Counted from the first letter of the stretch, positions 19,649-30,503 are shown. The stretch is DNA of 64,000 nucleotides from an uncultured Acidobacteriota bacterium (GCA_963745495.1 CAVUXJ010000007.1:78239-142238); one strand, 5' to 3'. The notes: a model not told the origin generated them from the sequence alone. Numbers and translations: made by a program.

Positions 19649-19944
19649 AGAATCGCCGCGTTCGCTTCACAGCCACTGCGCAGGAACACGTTCGGCGAGA
19701 GAAAGCCTGGTGGTTGGCCAATCGCGACCACCCGGACGTGTTCACCGAGGAACTCGAACAAGCGCTCCAGATCATCGCGGCGCTTCCAGGGGCCGGAAGC
19801 CTCTACGCTCAGTCTCCAGTTCCCGGCGTTCGCCGCGTCTACCTCAGGAGAGTCGCCGCCCATCTCTATTACACGTTCGATGACGCCCGAGTGATCGTTC
19901 GCGCTCTCTGGGGCGCGCGTCGCGAACGCGGCCCGCGGCTTTGA
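19645..19944 (+). CDS. ParE/RelE-family type II toxin
   Basis: ORF track, 99 aa. ..GVRRVYLRRVAAHLYYTFDDARVIVRALWGARR is a typical ParE C-terminus. There is a 4-nt overlap with the antitoxin. Confidence 0.8.
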   Translation: MKNRRVRFTATAQEHVRREKAWWLANRDHPDVFTEELEQALQIIAALPGAGSLYAQSPVPGVRRVYLRRVAAHLYYTFDDARVIVRALWGARRERGPRL

Positions 19945-20025
19945 CCGTCAACCGGATCGCCATGACGGACCCGCCGATCATTGTCCGGCCCGGTCGCCCT
20001 CGAGTAACCTTGGTCGCGTTCCCGG

Positions 20026-23000
20026 ATGTCCAACGACGACGATGACCTTCCTTTCGGGCTCTACGAGCGCCTTGTCACAGCCGGCCTGAAGGCGCGACTT
20101 CTCCGCTTCGATTCCGACACCGCCCGCATCGTCAAGAAGGAGCTCGACCCCGCCGAGGCGCATGCCACGCTGGCCCGGCACGTCGCGAACGTCGTGGCGC
20201 GTGCACTCGAACGCTCTCCCTCAAGAAGATCGGGCCGCCGCGCAGTCGGAGCTGACCAATCAGATCATCAGCTTGCTTGCCGCCAATCCAGCTGAGCCGG
20301 CGGCCCGACGATGACTTGGTCGAAATCCCGCCTGAAGAACTGCGGGCGATTCAGCCGATCGGCAGAATGCCGAACGACGATCGGGACGTCGTCGCGCCGC
20401 TGGTCGCGCTGTCCGCGTCAGACCTCCTGGTCAACGCACGCGGCGAGCCTGGCCTCGCCCACGCGCTGGCGCACGAGATCCCGTCCGCCGACTCCATCGA
20501 CCTGCTGTGCGCCTTCGTGCGATGGCATGGGTTGCGGCTGCTCGAAGATCAGCTCGAGGCACATTGCCGGGCGGGCAGGCGACTGCGCGTGATCACGACC
20601 GTGTTCACCGGATCCACCGAACGGAAAGCGCTCGATTGGCTGGTGGCGCGCGGCGCGCAGGTCAAGGTGTCGTACGACACGCAGTCCACGCGCCTCCACG
20701 CGAAGGCGTGGCTCTTCCGCCGCGCCACCGGCTACTCCACCGCCTACATCGGCTCGTCAAATCTGTCGAAGTCGGCGCTCGTGGACGGCGTGGAATGGAA
20801 CGTGCGCCTGTCGCAGGTGGGCTCGCCGGACATCCTCGAGAAGTTCGACGCCACGTTCGACACGTACTGGGAAAGCCCCGAATACGAGTCCTATGAACCG
20901 ACTCGGGATGCCGCTCGATTCGATCGCGCGGTGGCGCCGCAACAAGGCGACTCGCTCGAGGCGCCGCTTCTCTTCCTGGACGTCGAACCCTGGCCACATC
21001 AGCGCGAGATGCTCGAGAAGCTCGCCGTGGAGCGCGAACGGCATCACCGCTTCAAGAATCTTGTCGTCGCCGCCACCGGAACCGGCAAGACCATCGTCGC
21101 CGCGCTGGACTACAAGCGCCTGCGCGATCAGCACGGCGATCTGCGCCTGCTGTTTGTCGCGCATCGACAGGAAATCCTGAAGCAGAGCCTCGGCGCGTTC
21201 CGCCAGGTCCTGCGGTCGGGAGACTTCGGCGAGCTCTACGTGGACGGCCACCGGCCCGACGAGTGGCGGCACGTGTTTGCGTCCATTCAGTCGCTCGCAC
21301 AGGTCGATCTGGAGCAGCTCGATCCGGCCGCGTTCGACGTCGTGATTGTCGACGAGTTCCATCATGCGGCGGCGCCGACGTATCGACGGCTGCTCGAACA
21401 TCTCTTCGACGGCGACGAGGCCCACTCGCTTCGACAGCCGCCCAGAATCCTCCTGGGTCTGACCGCCACGCCGGAACGCACCGACGCCGAAGACATCCTT
21501 CACTACTTCGACAATCACATCGCGGTGGAAATGCGGCTCTGGGACGCGCTCGAGCGCGGGCTGCTCTGCCCGTTCCAGTATTTCGGGCTGCACGACAACA
21601 CCGACTTGTCGTCGGTCCGGTGGTCTCGCAAGGGCTACGACACGGCGGAGCTCGAGCGCCTGTACACCGGAGACGATGCGCGGGTGAGGCTGGTGCTGGA
21701 GCAGGTGCGGCAGAAGCACCGCGATGCGGGGACGATGCGCGCGCTCGGGTTCTGCGTGAGCATTGCGCACGCGGAGTTCATGGCGCGGCGGTTCACGGAG
21801 GCGGGGCTTCCGTCGGTGGCCGTGTCCGCGGACACCGACAGCGACACGCGAAAGGACGCTCTGGCGTCGCTGCGCGCGGGGCGGGTGCGGGCGCTCTTCG
21901 CGGTGGACCTGTTCAACGAGGGTGTCGATCTCCCGGAAGTCGACACGCTGCTCTTTCTGCGGCCGACGGAAAGCGCGCTCGTGTTTCTCCAGCAGCTCGG
22001 GCGCGGGCTGCGGCGCCACGAGAGAAAAGACTGCGTGACGGTGCTGGACTTCATCGGCCAGTCGCATCGGCAGTTCCGCTTCGACCTGCGCTATCGCGCC
22101 GTCACGGGGACCACGCGAACCGAAGTCGAGAAGCAGGTGCAACTCGGTTTTCCGTTCCTGCCTGCGGGCTGCTCGATGCAGTTGGATCGCGTCGCGACGC
22201 AGATCGTCCTCGACAATCTGAAGAGCGCCATCCCCTCGCGTCGTCCTGCGATGGTGAGGGAATTGAGGGCGCTCGCCGACGCCCGTTCGGCTTCCGGACG
22301 TCGCATCACGCTTGCCGAATTCCTTCAGGAGGCAGGGCTGGAATTGGAGGACGTCTACCGTTCCGGCAGTTGGTCGGGCCTGCAACGTGACGCGGGCCTG
22401 AAGGTGCCCGCTCCCGGGCCACATGAAACGCTGATCGGCGATCGCCTGGCCGGAATTCTCCACGTGGACGATCCGCTTCGGCTCGGTGCCTATGAACGCC
22501 TCGCGGCATCGGCATCCGTGAACGCACTGTCTGACGCCGATCGTCGCCTCATGACCGGCTTTCATTTCGCCGTGATCCCTTCGAAGATCGCACCCAAGAC
22601 ACTCGCCGAGTCGGTCGCGCTCCTTCACGCGCATCCGGCCATCGTCGAGGAACTGCGCGAGCTGCTTCCCTTGCTGGACGAGCGGTCGGAGCATCTCACC
22701 TATCCGCTCGACCTCGCCCAGCCTGCCGGATCGCCACTCCGCGTGCCCCTGTCCGTGCACGCGCGCCACACGGTGGACGATGTGCTCACGGCGTTCGGGA
22801 TACTGGATTTCAACAAGACCGCGTGGAAGCAGACCGGTACGATCCGAGACGAGCAGACGAACTCGGACCTGTTCTTTGTGACGCTCGAAAAGTCCGAACG
22901 CGAATATTCGCCGTCCACGCTCTACAAGGACTATGCGATTTCGCCGACGCTGTTCCATTGGGAGTCGCAGTCGACCACCACGCAGCAGTCGAAAACCGGG

Positions 23001-23213
23001 CAACGCTACATTCATCACCGGAACCGTGGCGGCAACATCCTGCTGTTCGTGCGTCCACGAAAGAAGCAGGACGGGCGCACGATGCCATACACGTTCCTCG
23101 GCGCCGCAGACTACGTCTCGCACAAGGGCGAGCGGCCAATCAGCTTTGTGTGGAAATTGCGGAGACCGATGCCCGCGGATTTCTTCCGGCAGGCGAAGGT
23201 GGCCAGCGGCTAA
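20026..23213 (+). CDS. HKD(PLD-like) nuclease - SF2 (DExH) helicase - DUF3427 fusion protein (two frame changes at 20.21-20.30 kb)
   Basis: N-terminal piece: ORF 20026..20295 (LPFGLYERLVTAGLKARL..), with a hand-read middle frame LPQEDRAAAQSELTNQIISLLAANPAEPAA. Main ORF 20277..23213: LHAKAWLF..GSSNLSKSAL (HxK..GSxN), AATGTGKT (Walker A), VDEFHH (motif II), LTATPER (motif III), QQLGRGLRR (motif VI). The C-terminal ~230 aa (..FFVTLEKSEREYSPSTLYKDYAISPTLFHWESQS..) are DUF3427-like. Confidence 0.85.
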
Positions 23214-23220
23214 TAGGCTC

Positions 23221-23491
<271 letters not shown>

Positions 23492-23880
23492 CTTACCGCA
23501 ACGACTTTCTGGAATGATTTCGCGAATATCGGAGCACGGGTAGCGACAGGGTAGCAATTTTCGGCGGTGCACAGCCGCCAATCAGGCACTTCCCTGTTCT
23601 GCCTACTGCCATCACGGATGACCTGCTACTCGGGCGTTCGCATCCGAAGGGAAACACGATGAGGATCCCCGACCCGCCGGATCGACGCGGCGGCGTTCCG
23701 ATTGTGCTTGTCTTCCCTACTGGTAGTCTGGAAGAACAGTCGCCGGGGAACTTGACGAACGCGACAACGGTGCTTCGCGCCCGCCCGCTCACCCAACAGG
23801 CAGCCGGGGGAACTCCGCCACCGTCACATGGCAGCGCAGCAATCAGGCGGCATAGCGGCTCGAACGGCAGTGGCCGGGCG

Positions 23881-24258
23881 TTAACCTCGACGACTCTCCC
23901 GCTGCAGCTCACGGAGCAGCCCTCGCGTGTTGCCGAGATGATTGTTAAAGATCCGACGGGCGACATCGAGCAACTCGCCGACGAGTGGGTCACGGAGCGT
24001 GTATCGCACCGACGATCCTTCCTTCTGCGCGGAGACGATGCCTTGGTTGCGGAGCACGGCCAACTGCTGCGAGACGATCGGCTGCTCGAGGGTCAATGCC
24101 TCCTGCAGTTCCTGCACCGTACGTCCCCCTCGCACGAGGATCTCCAGCATTCGGATCCTCGTGGGATGGGCCAAGGCTCGGAAAAACTGCACCTTGAATG
24201 TCTGAAGCTCACCGGCGATCATCGGTTCACCGGCCTTCCGACCTCGCTGTTGAGGCAT
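23881..24258 (-). CDS. ArsR/SmtB-family transcriptional regulator (no cysteines)
   Basis: ORF track, 125 aa. FFRALAHPTRIRMLEILVRGGRTVQELQEALTLEQPIVSQQLAVLRNQGIV is a winged HTH. It lies divergent from dabA. Confidence 0.85.
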   Translation of the reverse strand: MPQQRGRKAGEPMIAGELQTFKVQFFRALAHPTRIRMLEILVRGGRTVQELQEALTLEQPIVSQQLAVLRNQGIVSAQKEGSSVRYTLRDPLVGELLDVARRIFNNHLGNTRGLLRELQRESRRG

Positions 24259-24303
24259 CAGTAATCTATCATATTAGAATATCTCTATACCCTCAAGCCT
24301 TCG
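24259..24303. promoter_or_regulatory. divergent arsR/dabA control region with AT-rich palindromes
   Basis: The 45-nt intergenic region reads ..TAATCTATCATATTAGAATATCTCTATACC.. It contains ATATT-AG-AATAT (24271-24282) and nested TCTA/TAGA half-sites. It is strikingly AT-rich in a GC-rich context. Confidence 0.4.
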
Positions 24304-27300
24304 ATGATCAACGATGCCAGCCCACGCGACGCCAGCGCACCGGACCATCCACTGACCCGTGTGATCGATCAACTGGCGCACCTGCTGCCGGCACAGGGCC
24401 CCATCAGCATCTTCATTCACCACAACACCCTGCACGCATTCGAGCACTTCCCGTTCGAAGAGGCGGTCGAGCGCGCCGCCAAACGGCTGGAGCGTGAACC
24501 GTTCCTGGCTGAGTCGCGGTATCGCGATAAGCTCGCGGCGGGCCGCATTCTCGCCAGGGACGTCGAGTCATTGCTCGCCGAACAGCTTGGCACGAGCGGC
24601 GCGCGGGACGTGGCTGGCGTCGCATCCCGCTTCGATCTCTGGCGAGCCGTCGTCCTGCACGGCATTCCTGCCGTGACCGGCCCTGAGCTGTCGTGGATCC
24701 TGGAAGAGACGACGGCGTTGTCGCGATTCCGGACCGACCTGCCGGCAAACGCCCGATCCGCGTCGGCCGCTTTGAGCGAACTGGACGATCGCGTGGCTGA
24801 GGAGCGGCGAGCCGTGCACAGGCTCTGGAACGCCTGTGTCGAGGCGGTCGGCCGCACCCCCGAATCGCCGGTTGCCGTGGCGGCGACTCCGGTTCGCCAT
24901 CGCGACTGGCTCCTGGCGGTGCACGGTCTTGACACCGATGCCTGGATCCATCCACCGCTCATTCGATTCCTGGCGGGTTATCTCGATCAGGGCCTCGCGC
25001 ACTGGTCGATGCCCGAAAGGAACCGCGGCATCCATGGCTGCTTTCTGGAGATCTACAACACGTCGCTGGCGGCACAATGCGGCGAGTGGGCGCGAACGCT
25101 CCCGCGGCTCGTCTCCGAAGACCGCGCCGCCGGGCGGAGCGCGCTGAGCTCGATTGCGAACTCCCTAGCCCAGCTCGGTGTCGCCCCCGGTGAAAATGAC
25201 GAGTGTGCGGACTATTTGAGCGCCGAACTGCTGGCCCTCCGAGGATGGGCCGGCATCGTGCGTCAGATCGAAGAGCGGCCCGACCGCGTCCCGGCGCGGG
25301 ACCTCACCGTGACGTTGCGCGGATACCTCGCGGTCCGCCTGCTGTTCGAACGCGCGGCGCTCGACCACGCTGCGCGACAACTCTCCTTCGGCGGTCCGCC
25401 GTCGGACCTGCGCCCCTGGCTGGGGAATCAGCTCCGTCGCTCACCGGCGCCAACGGCGCTCGAGCGTGCCTGGCCGCTCTTTCATGTCGCGCAGCTCCGC
25501 GGCCTTGATGCATCGATTGTGGAACAGTGGACCACTCGTAACGTGGCGGAGCTCGAGTCCGAACTGCGCGAGCTCGATAGCGTGCGTCAACGCCGGATCC
25601 TGCACCAGGCGTTCGAACGAACGATTCGTTATCGCCTGTACGACGCGCTGAGCTGTCACTCGCCGCGAGAGCTTCCCGAACCGCCGGCGTTCCAGGCCAT
25701 GTTCTGCATCGACGAGCGGGAGGAATCATTTCGACGCCATCTGGAGGAAGTCGAGCCGGCCTGCGAGACGTTCAGCACGCCCGGATTCTTCAGCGTGGCC
25801 ATGTATCACCAGGGCGTGTCCGACGCACACCCGCGGCCGCTCTGTCCTGTGGCGATCCGTCCCGATCATTACGTGGCCGAAATGGAACCGGACAGCGATC
25901 GCTTCACGGGACGCTCGCGCCGTTTACAACGGCGCGCCGCTGGATTCCTCGGCTACAACGTGCATCTGGGCAGCCGGCTGCCCGTCCGCGGTGCGGTGCT
26001 GATGACCGCGTTCGGCTGGCTGGCGCTTGTGCCGCTGATCCTGCGCGTGGTCTTCCCGTGGCTCTCGTCCCGATGGAGCCGCGTACACGAGACGTCGATC
26101 ACTGCCGTGCGAACCCGTCTGCAGCTGAATCGCGAGGACGTGGCGCCGCCCATCGGAAGGCATTCAGGGTTCACGGTGCGGGAGATGGCGGATATCGTGC
26201 GGCGCGTTCTCGAGGATATCGGGATTCGCGATCGCCTCTCGCCTCTCGTGCTCGTCATCGGCCACGGATCGATCAGCCTCAACAACCCTCACGAGTCGGC
26301 CCACGACTGCGGCGCGTGCGGTGGCGGACGCGGCGGGCCGAACGCCCGGGCGTTCTCTCAGATGGCCAACGATCCGCGCGTGCGCGAGCTGCTGACCGCC
26401 GAGGGCCTGCCCATCCAGGCGACCACCTGGTTTGTCGGGGCGCAGCGCAATACCTGCGACAACGCGGTCACTTTCTTCGACGAGGATCTCATCCCCGCGG
26501 ATTGCCGGCCGCTGTTCGAGCGGGCCGTCGAGACGATTGAGACGGCAAGGCGGCGTGAGGCGCACGAACGCTGCCGCCGGTTCGACGCGGTCCCGCGCTG
26601 GTATCCGCCGTTGGCGGCGCTGGCTCACGTGCAGGGACGTGCCGCCGATTTGGCGCAGCCGCGGCCCGAGTACGGCCATGCCACAAATGCGTTCTGCATC
26701 ATCGGCCGGCGGGCCCGGACACGCGGGCTGTTCCTCGATCGGCGTGCGTTTCTGGCTCTCGTACGATCCTGCTCTGGACCACGACGGTGCGATCCTCGCG
26801 CGCCTCCTGGCGGCGGTGGTACCGGTCGTCGCCGGCATCAGCCTCGAGTACTACTTCAGCTACGTCGATCCGTCGGGGTACGGCTGCGGCACGAAGCTGC
26901 CGCACAACGTCACCTCGCTGCTCGGCGTGATGGACGGCGCTCAAAGCGACCTGCGGACCGGCCTTCCATGGCAGATGGTCGAGATCCACGAGCCCGCACG
27001 ACTGGCGATTGTCGTCGAAGGTCCTCGGGATCGTGTGTTGCGCATCGTGCAGAGCAACCCGGGCATCGAGCGGCTGGTGCGAAACCGCTGGATCTGGCTC
27101 GCCTGCCTCGATCCGGAGTCCGGCGTGTTGTCGGAGCTCCGGTCCACGGGCTTCGTCCCGCACCGACCCGAGCATGCGCTTAGGGTCGTCGAGGGCGATT
27201 CTGCCGCGTGGTATCAGGGGAAACGCGGATTCCTTCCCCCGGTGGCGATCATGCAGGGATCTTCAGCCACCCCGGTCGGACGCGTGGATCAGGCGGGGCC

Positions 27301-27310
27301 ATCGGCATGA
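24304..27310 (+). CDS. dabA: DabA (DUF2309/UPF0753) inorganic-carbon pump subunit; one frame change near 26.75 kb
   Basis: ORF 24304..27183 plus ORF 26432..27310. Motifs: LLPAQGPISIFIHHNTLHAFE, FCIDEREESFRRHLE (C-x-D) and IGHGSISLNNPHESAHDCGACGG (H..15..C). C-terminal part ..LEYYFSYVDPSGYGCGTKLPHNV.. Confidence 0.85.
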
Positions 27311-28674
27311 CGTTGAGCGTGCCGCTCACCTTGCTGGTGCTCGTCGGCGTCGGATCGCCCGCCGTCCTGCTCGTGCTGCTCGGCGGCACGTCGCTCGTCG
27401 ACCGGCGCCTGCCGGAGCGCTGGACGGGCACGCTCGCCGGCGGCTCGATGATGATCTCGTGCGCCGCTTTGTCGATGGCGCTCGTGGTGTACAGAACAAC
27501 GGGAACGGGCACGCAGCTCCTGACGTACGGCGCATGGTCTGCCTCCCACGAGGGCGGCATCGCGATCGAATTCCTGGTCGACCGACTCTCGCTGGGGTTC
27601 GCCGCGCTCTCGGCCGCGATCGCCGGCGTCGTGTCTGCGTTTTCCTTTCGATATCTGCACCGGGAATCCGGCTACAACCGTTACTTCGTCCTGCTGGCCA
27701 TGTTCGTGACCGGCATGCTGCTGGTCGCGCTGGCCGGCAACGTCGAGGTGCTCTTCATCGGATGGGAATTTGTCGGCCTCAGTTCGGCGCTGCTCGTTGC
27801 GTTTTTTCACGAGCGGCCCGCAGCAGTATCGAATGCGCTGCGCGTGTTCTCGGTCTACCGTATCAGCGACGCCGCCATGCTGTCGGCGGCGGTTCTGCTG
27901 CGCCACGTCGCCGGCACCGACAGCCTCTCGCTCCTGTTTGGCCGCGCCGACGCGGCGTCGACGATTCAGCTGACGGGAGCCGACGCGACGATCATCGCCG
28001 TCCTGCTCATCGTGGCCGTCGCCGGCAAGAGTGCGCTGCTGCCCTTCTCGAGCTGGCTGCCGCGCGCGATGGAGGGACCGACGCCGTCGAGCGCCGTTTA
28101 CTATGGATCGCTGTCGATTCATGCCGGCTGTTTTCTGTTGCTGCGGTCGGCGCCGCTGCTCGAACAGGCGCCGGTGGCGCGCTTCCTCGCCGCCGGTCTC
28201 GGCGCCGCTACCGCTGTGTTCGCGGGGATCACGACGCGCGTGCAGAGCGATGTGAAATCGTCGCTGGCGTATGCGTCCCTCACGCAAGTCGGCATCATCG
28301 TCGTCGAAATCGCGATCGGCTGGTACACGATCGCCTTCGTCCACCTGGCCGGACACGCCTGCTTTCGACTGCTGCAGTTCCTGACTGCCCCGAACGTTCT
28401 TCACGATCTGCACGGGATGGAAGACGCCATCGGCAACCGACCGTTTTCAGCCGGTGGCTACTTCGAGGCGGTGACATCGGAGCGCCTGCGCCGGGGTTTG
28501 TTCCTGATCGCGCTCGAACGCGGATTCCTCGACAGCATCCTGGACCGGGTCGTGGTCGAGCCCTTTACGCGACTCGCACGCCAACTGACACGCCTCGACG
28601 GCTGGCTGTGCGACGCCGTGCTGCCGACGCGGCGGCCCGTCGCGGTCGAGGGAGGCGAGGATCAAGATGAGTGA
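27307..28674 (+). CDS. dabB: DabB-like NuoL/NdhF/MrpA-family proton-conducting membrane subunit
   Basis: The ATG overlaps the dabA stop (ATGA). GWEFVGLSS and KSALLPFSSWLPRAMEGPTPSSAVYYGSLSIHAG are PF00361-type motifs. About 455 aa. Confidence 0.8.
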   Translation: MTLSVPLTLLVLVGVGSPAVLLVLLGGTSLVDRRLPERWTGTLAGGSMMISCAALSMALVVYRTTGTGTQLLTYGAWSASHEGGIAIEFLVDRLSLGFAALSAAIAGVVSAFSFRYLHRESGYNRYFVLLAMFVTGMLLVALAGNVEVLFIGWEFVGLSSALLVAFFHERPAAVSNALRVFSVYRISDAAMLSAAVLLRHVAGTDSLSLLFGRADAASTIQLTGADATIIAVLLIVAVAGKSALLPFSSWLPRAMEGPTPSSAVYYGSLSIHAGCFLLLRSAPLLEQAPVARFLAAGLGAATAVFAGITTRVQSDVKSSLAYASLTQVGIIVVEIAIGWYTIAFVHLAGHACFRLLQFLTAPNVLHDLHGMEDAIGNRPFSAGGYFEAVTSERLRRGLFLIALERGFLDSILDRVVVEPFTRLARQLTRLDGWLCDAVLPTRRPVAVEGGEDQDE

Positions 28675-30133
28675 CGCTCGCCTCTGGCTGGTCGCTCTGG
28701 CGGCCCTGCCCGCTCTCGTGATCGGCGCATCGTTTCTCCGTGTTGACGTAGAGCGCCTCCGGCGCCTCGCCGTCGTGTCCGCGGTGGCCATGTTGCTGGC
28801 GGCGCTCGTCATCGCTGTTTCGCCACCCCTGCGCGCCCTCTCGATCCGCAGTGCCGCGCTCAGCTGGGTTCCGGGCGGAGAGGCCATCCTTCGCATCGAC
28901 ACGCTCTCGGCCGTCCTCTTGCCGTTCGCGTCTGGTCTGTGGCTGCTCACCGTCGCGGTGACGCCGCGCGCCGCGCTCGATCGGGGCGGATTGCGCCGAA
29001 CCGCCCTGGCGACCCTCATCACGCTCGCATCCTTTCTTACCGAGAGCGCGGTCGTGCTGCTGCTCCTGTCGGTGGCTTCCGTCTGGACGTTTTTGTCCGC
29101 GCTGGCGGACCCGGCGCATCAGTATCAGCGCCGCGTCGTGGCGGCTTATCTGGGTTTCTCGACGTTGCTGTTTGGCCTTGGGGTCGTGCTGCTCATCGGT
29201 CCGGGCGTGCAGAACACGACGATCGAAACAGCCGGCATGTGGCTGATTGTGATCGCGGCGCTCGTGCGAAAAGGGATCGTCCCCTTCCACGCATGGGTGC
29301 CGGAGGTATTCGATCAAGGACGGCTGGGCCCGGCCATTCTGTTCAGCGCACCTCAGATAGGCGCGTATATGACTGTCGTGCTGATTGTGCCGCGCGCCTC
29401 TCCCGACATGTTGCGGATGATTGCCATCCTGGCGCTCGGGACCGCCGTCTACGGCGCAGCACTGGCGCTCGTCCAGACCAGTGCACGCCGGGCGTGCGGG
29501 TACCTGTTCATGAGCCAGTCCGCGCTCGTGATGGCGGGCCTCGACTGCACCAGCGCGAGCGCGCTGGCGGGCGGGCTGCTCGTCTGGCTGTCGGCCGGGT
29601 TGGCGTTTGCCGGACTCGCCCGCTGCGTCCTCGTCCTCGAGACGCGCCGCGGGCGGCTCGATCTGACCACGTATCACGGTGGGTATGAGCGCATGCCGCT
29701 GCTGGCGATCAGCTTCCTCGCCATGGGGCTGGCGTGCACCGGCTTCCCGGGCACGCTCGGGTTCGTAGGTCAGGAACTCCTGGTGGACGGCGCGGTCGAC
29801 GTTTTTCCTGTGATGGGGTTCGCCGTCGTTCTTGCGTCTGCGCTGACCGGCCTTGCCGTGCTTCGGATGTACTTTTCGCTCTTTTGCGGCCGCTCGGATC
29901 CGCTGGCCCATTCAGGGCTGCGGTTTGGGTTGACGCGCCGCGAAGCGTGGACGTTCGTGGCGCTCGTGATCGCGCTTGTCGGCTTCGGTGTCGCGCCTCG
30001 CCCGCTCGTCGATTCCCGGTTCGCGGCCAGCGACGAGATTCTGCGGCTGCGACGAGTGCGCATGCTGGGCGAGCAGAAGGCTATTTCAGGGGCACAGTTG
30101 AACACGGGCCTTCGGTCCCAATCCCAACCCTGA
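28667..30133 (+). CDS. second antiporter-like (NuoM/NuoN/MnhD-type, PF00361) membrane subunit
   Basis: ORF track, 488 aa, with an 8-nt overlap with dabB (ATGAGTGA). VRKGIVPFHAWVPEVFDQG, multi-TM throughout, and GFPGTLGFVGQELL near the C-terminus. Confidence 0.75.
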   Translation: MSDARLWLVALAALPALVIGASFLRVDVERLRRLAVVSAVAMLLAALVIAVSPPLRALSIRSAALSWVPGGEAILRIDTLSAVLLPFASGLWLLTVAVTPRAALDRGGLRRTALATLITLASFLTESAVVLLLLSVASVWTFLSALADPAHQYQRRVVAAYLGFSTLLFGLGVVLLIGPGVQNTTIETAGMWLIVIAALVRKGIVPFHAWVPEVFDQGRLGPAILFSAPQIGAYMTVVLIVPRASPDMLRMIAILALGTAVYGAALALVQTSARRACGYLFMSQSALVMAGLDCTSASALAGGLLVWLSAGLAFAGLARCVLVLETRRGRLDLTTYHGGYERMPLLAISFLAMGLACTGFPGTLGFVGQELLVDGAVDVFPVMGFAVVLASALTGLAVLRMYFSLFCGRSDPLAHSGLRFGLTRREAWTFVALVIALVGFGVAPRPLVDSRFAASDEILRLRRVRMLGEQKAISGAQLNTGLRSQSQP

Positions 30134-30207
30134 TAATCCGCCACGCGGACTCTGATGCACCGATTCGCGCGGACCACCTCGATGATTCATCGTCGCGACA
30201 AGACGAT

Positions 30208-30503
<296 letters not shown>

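Noticed and set aside
20757-23123. 788-aa ORF on the minus strand
   Set aside because: It is fully antisense to the helicase gene, whose motifs are unambiguous. Its Arg/His/Gly/Pro-rich composition with no motifs is a typical GC-rich antisense artefact.
23493-23993. 166-aa ORF next to the tRNA fragment, examined as a possible integrase. ORFs 23210..23581 and 30086..30340 inside the direct repeats were examined as well.
   Set aside because: None shows tyrosine- or serine-recombinase motifs. Composition is non-protein-like, and the two repeat-borne ORFs are not conserved in frame between the repeat copies.
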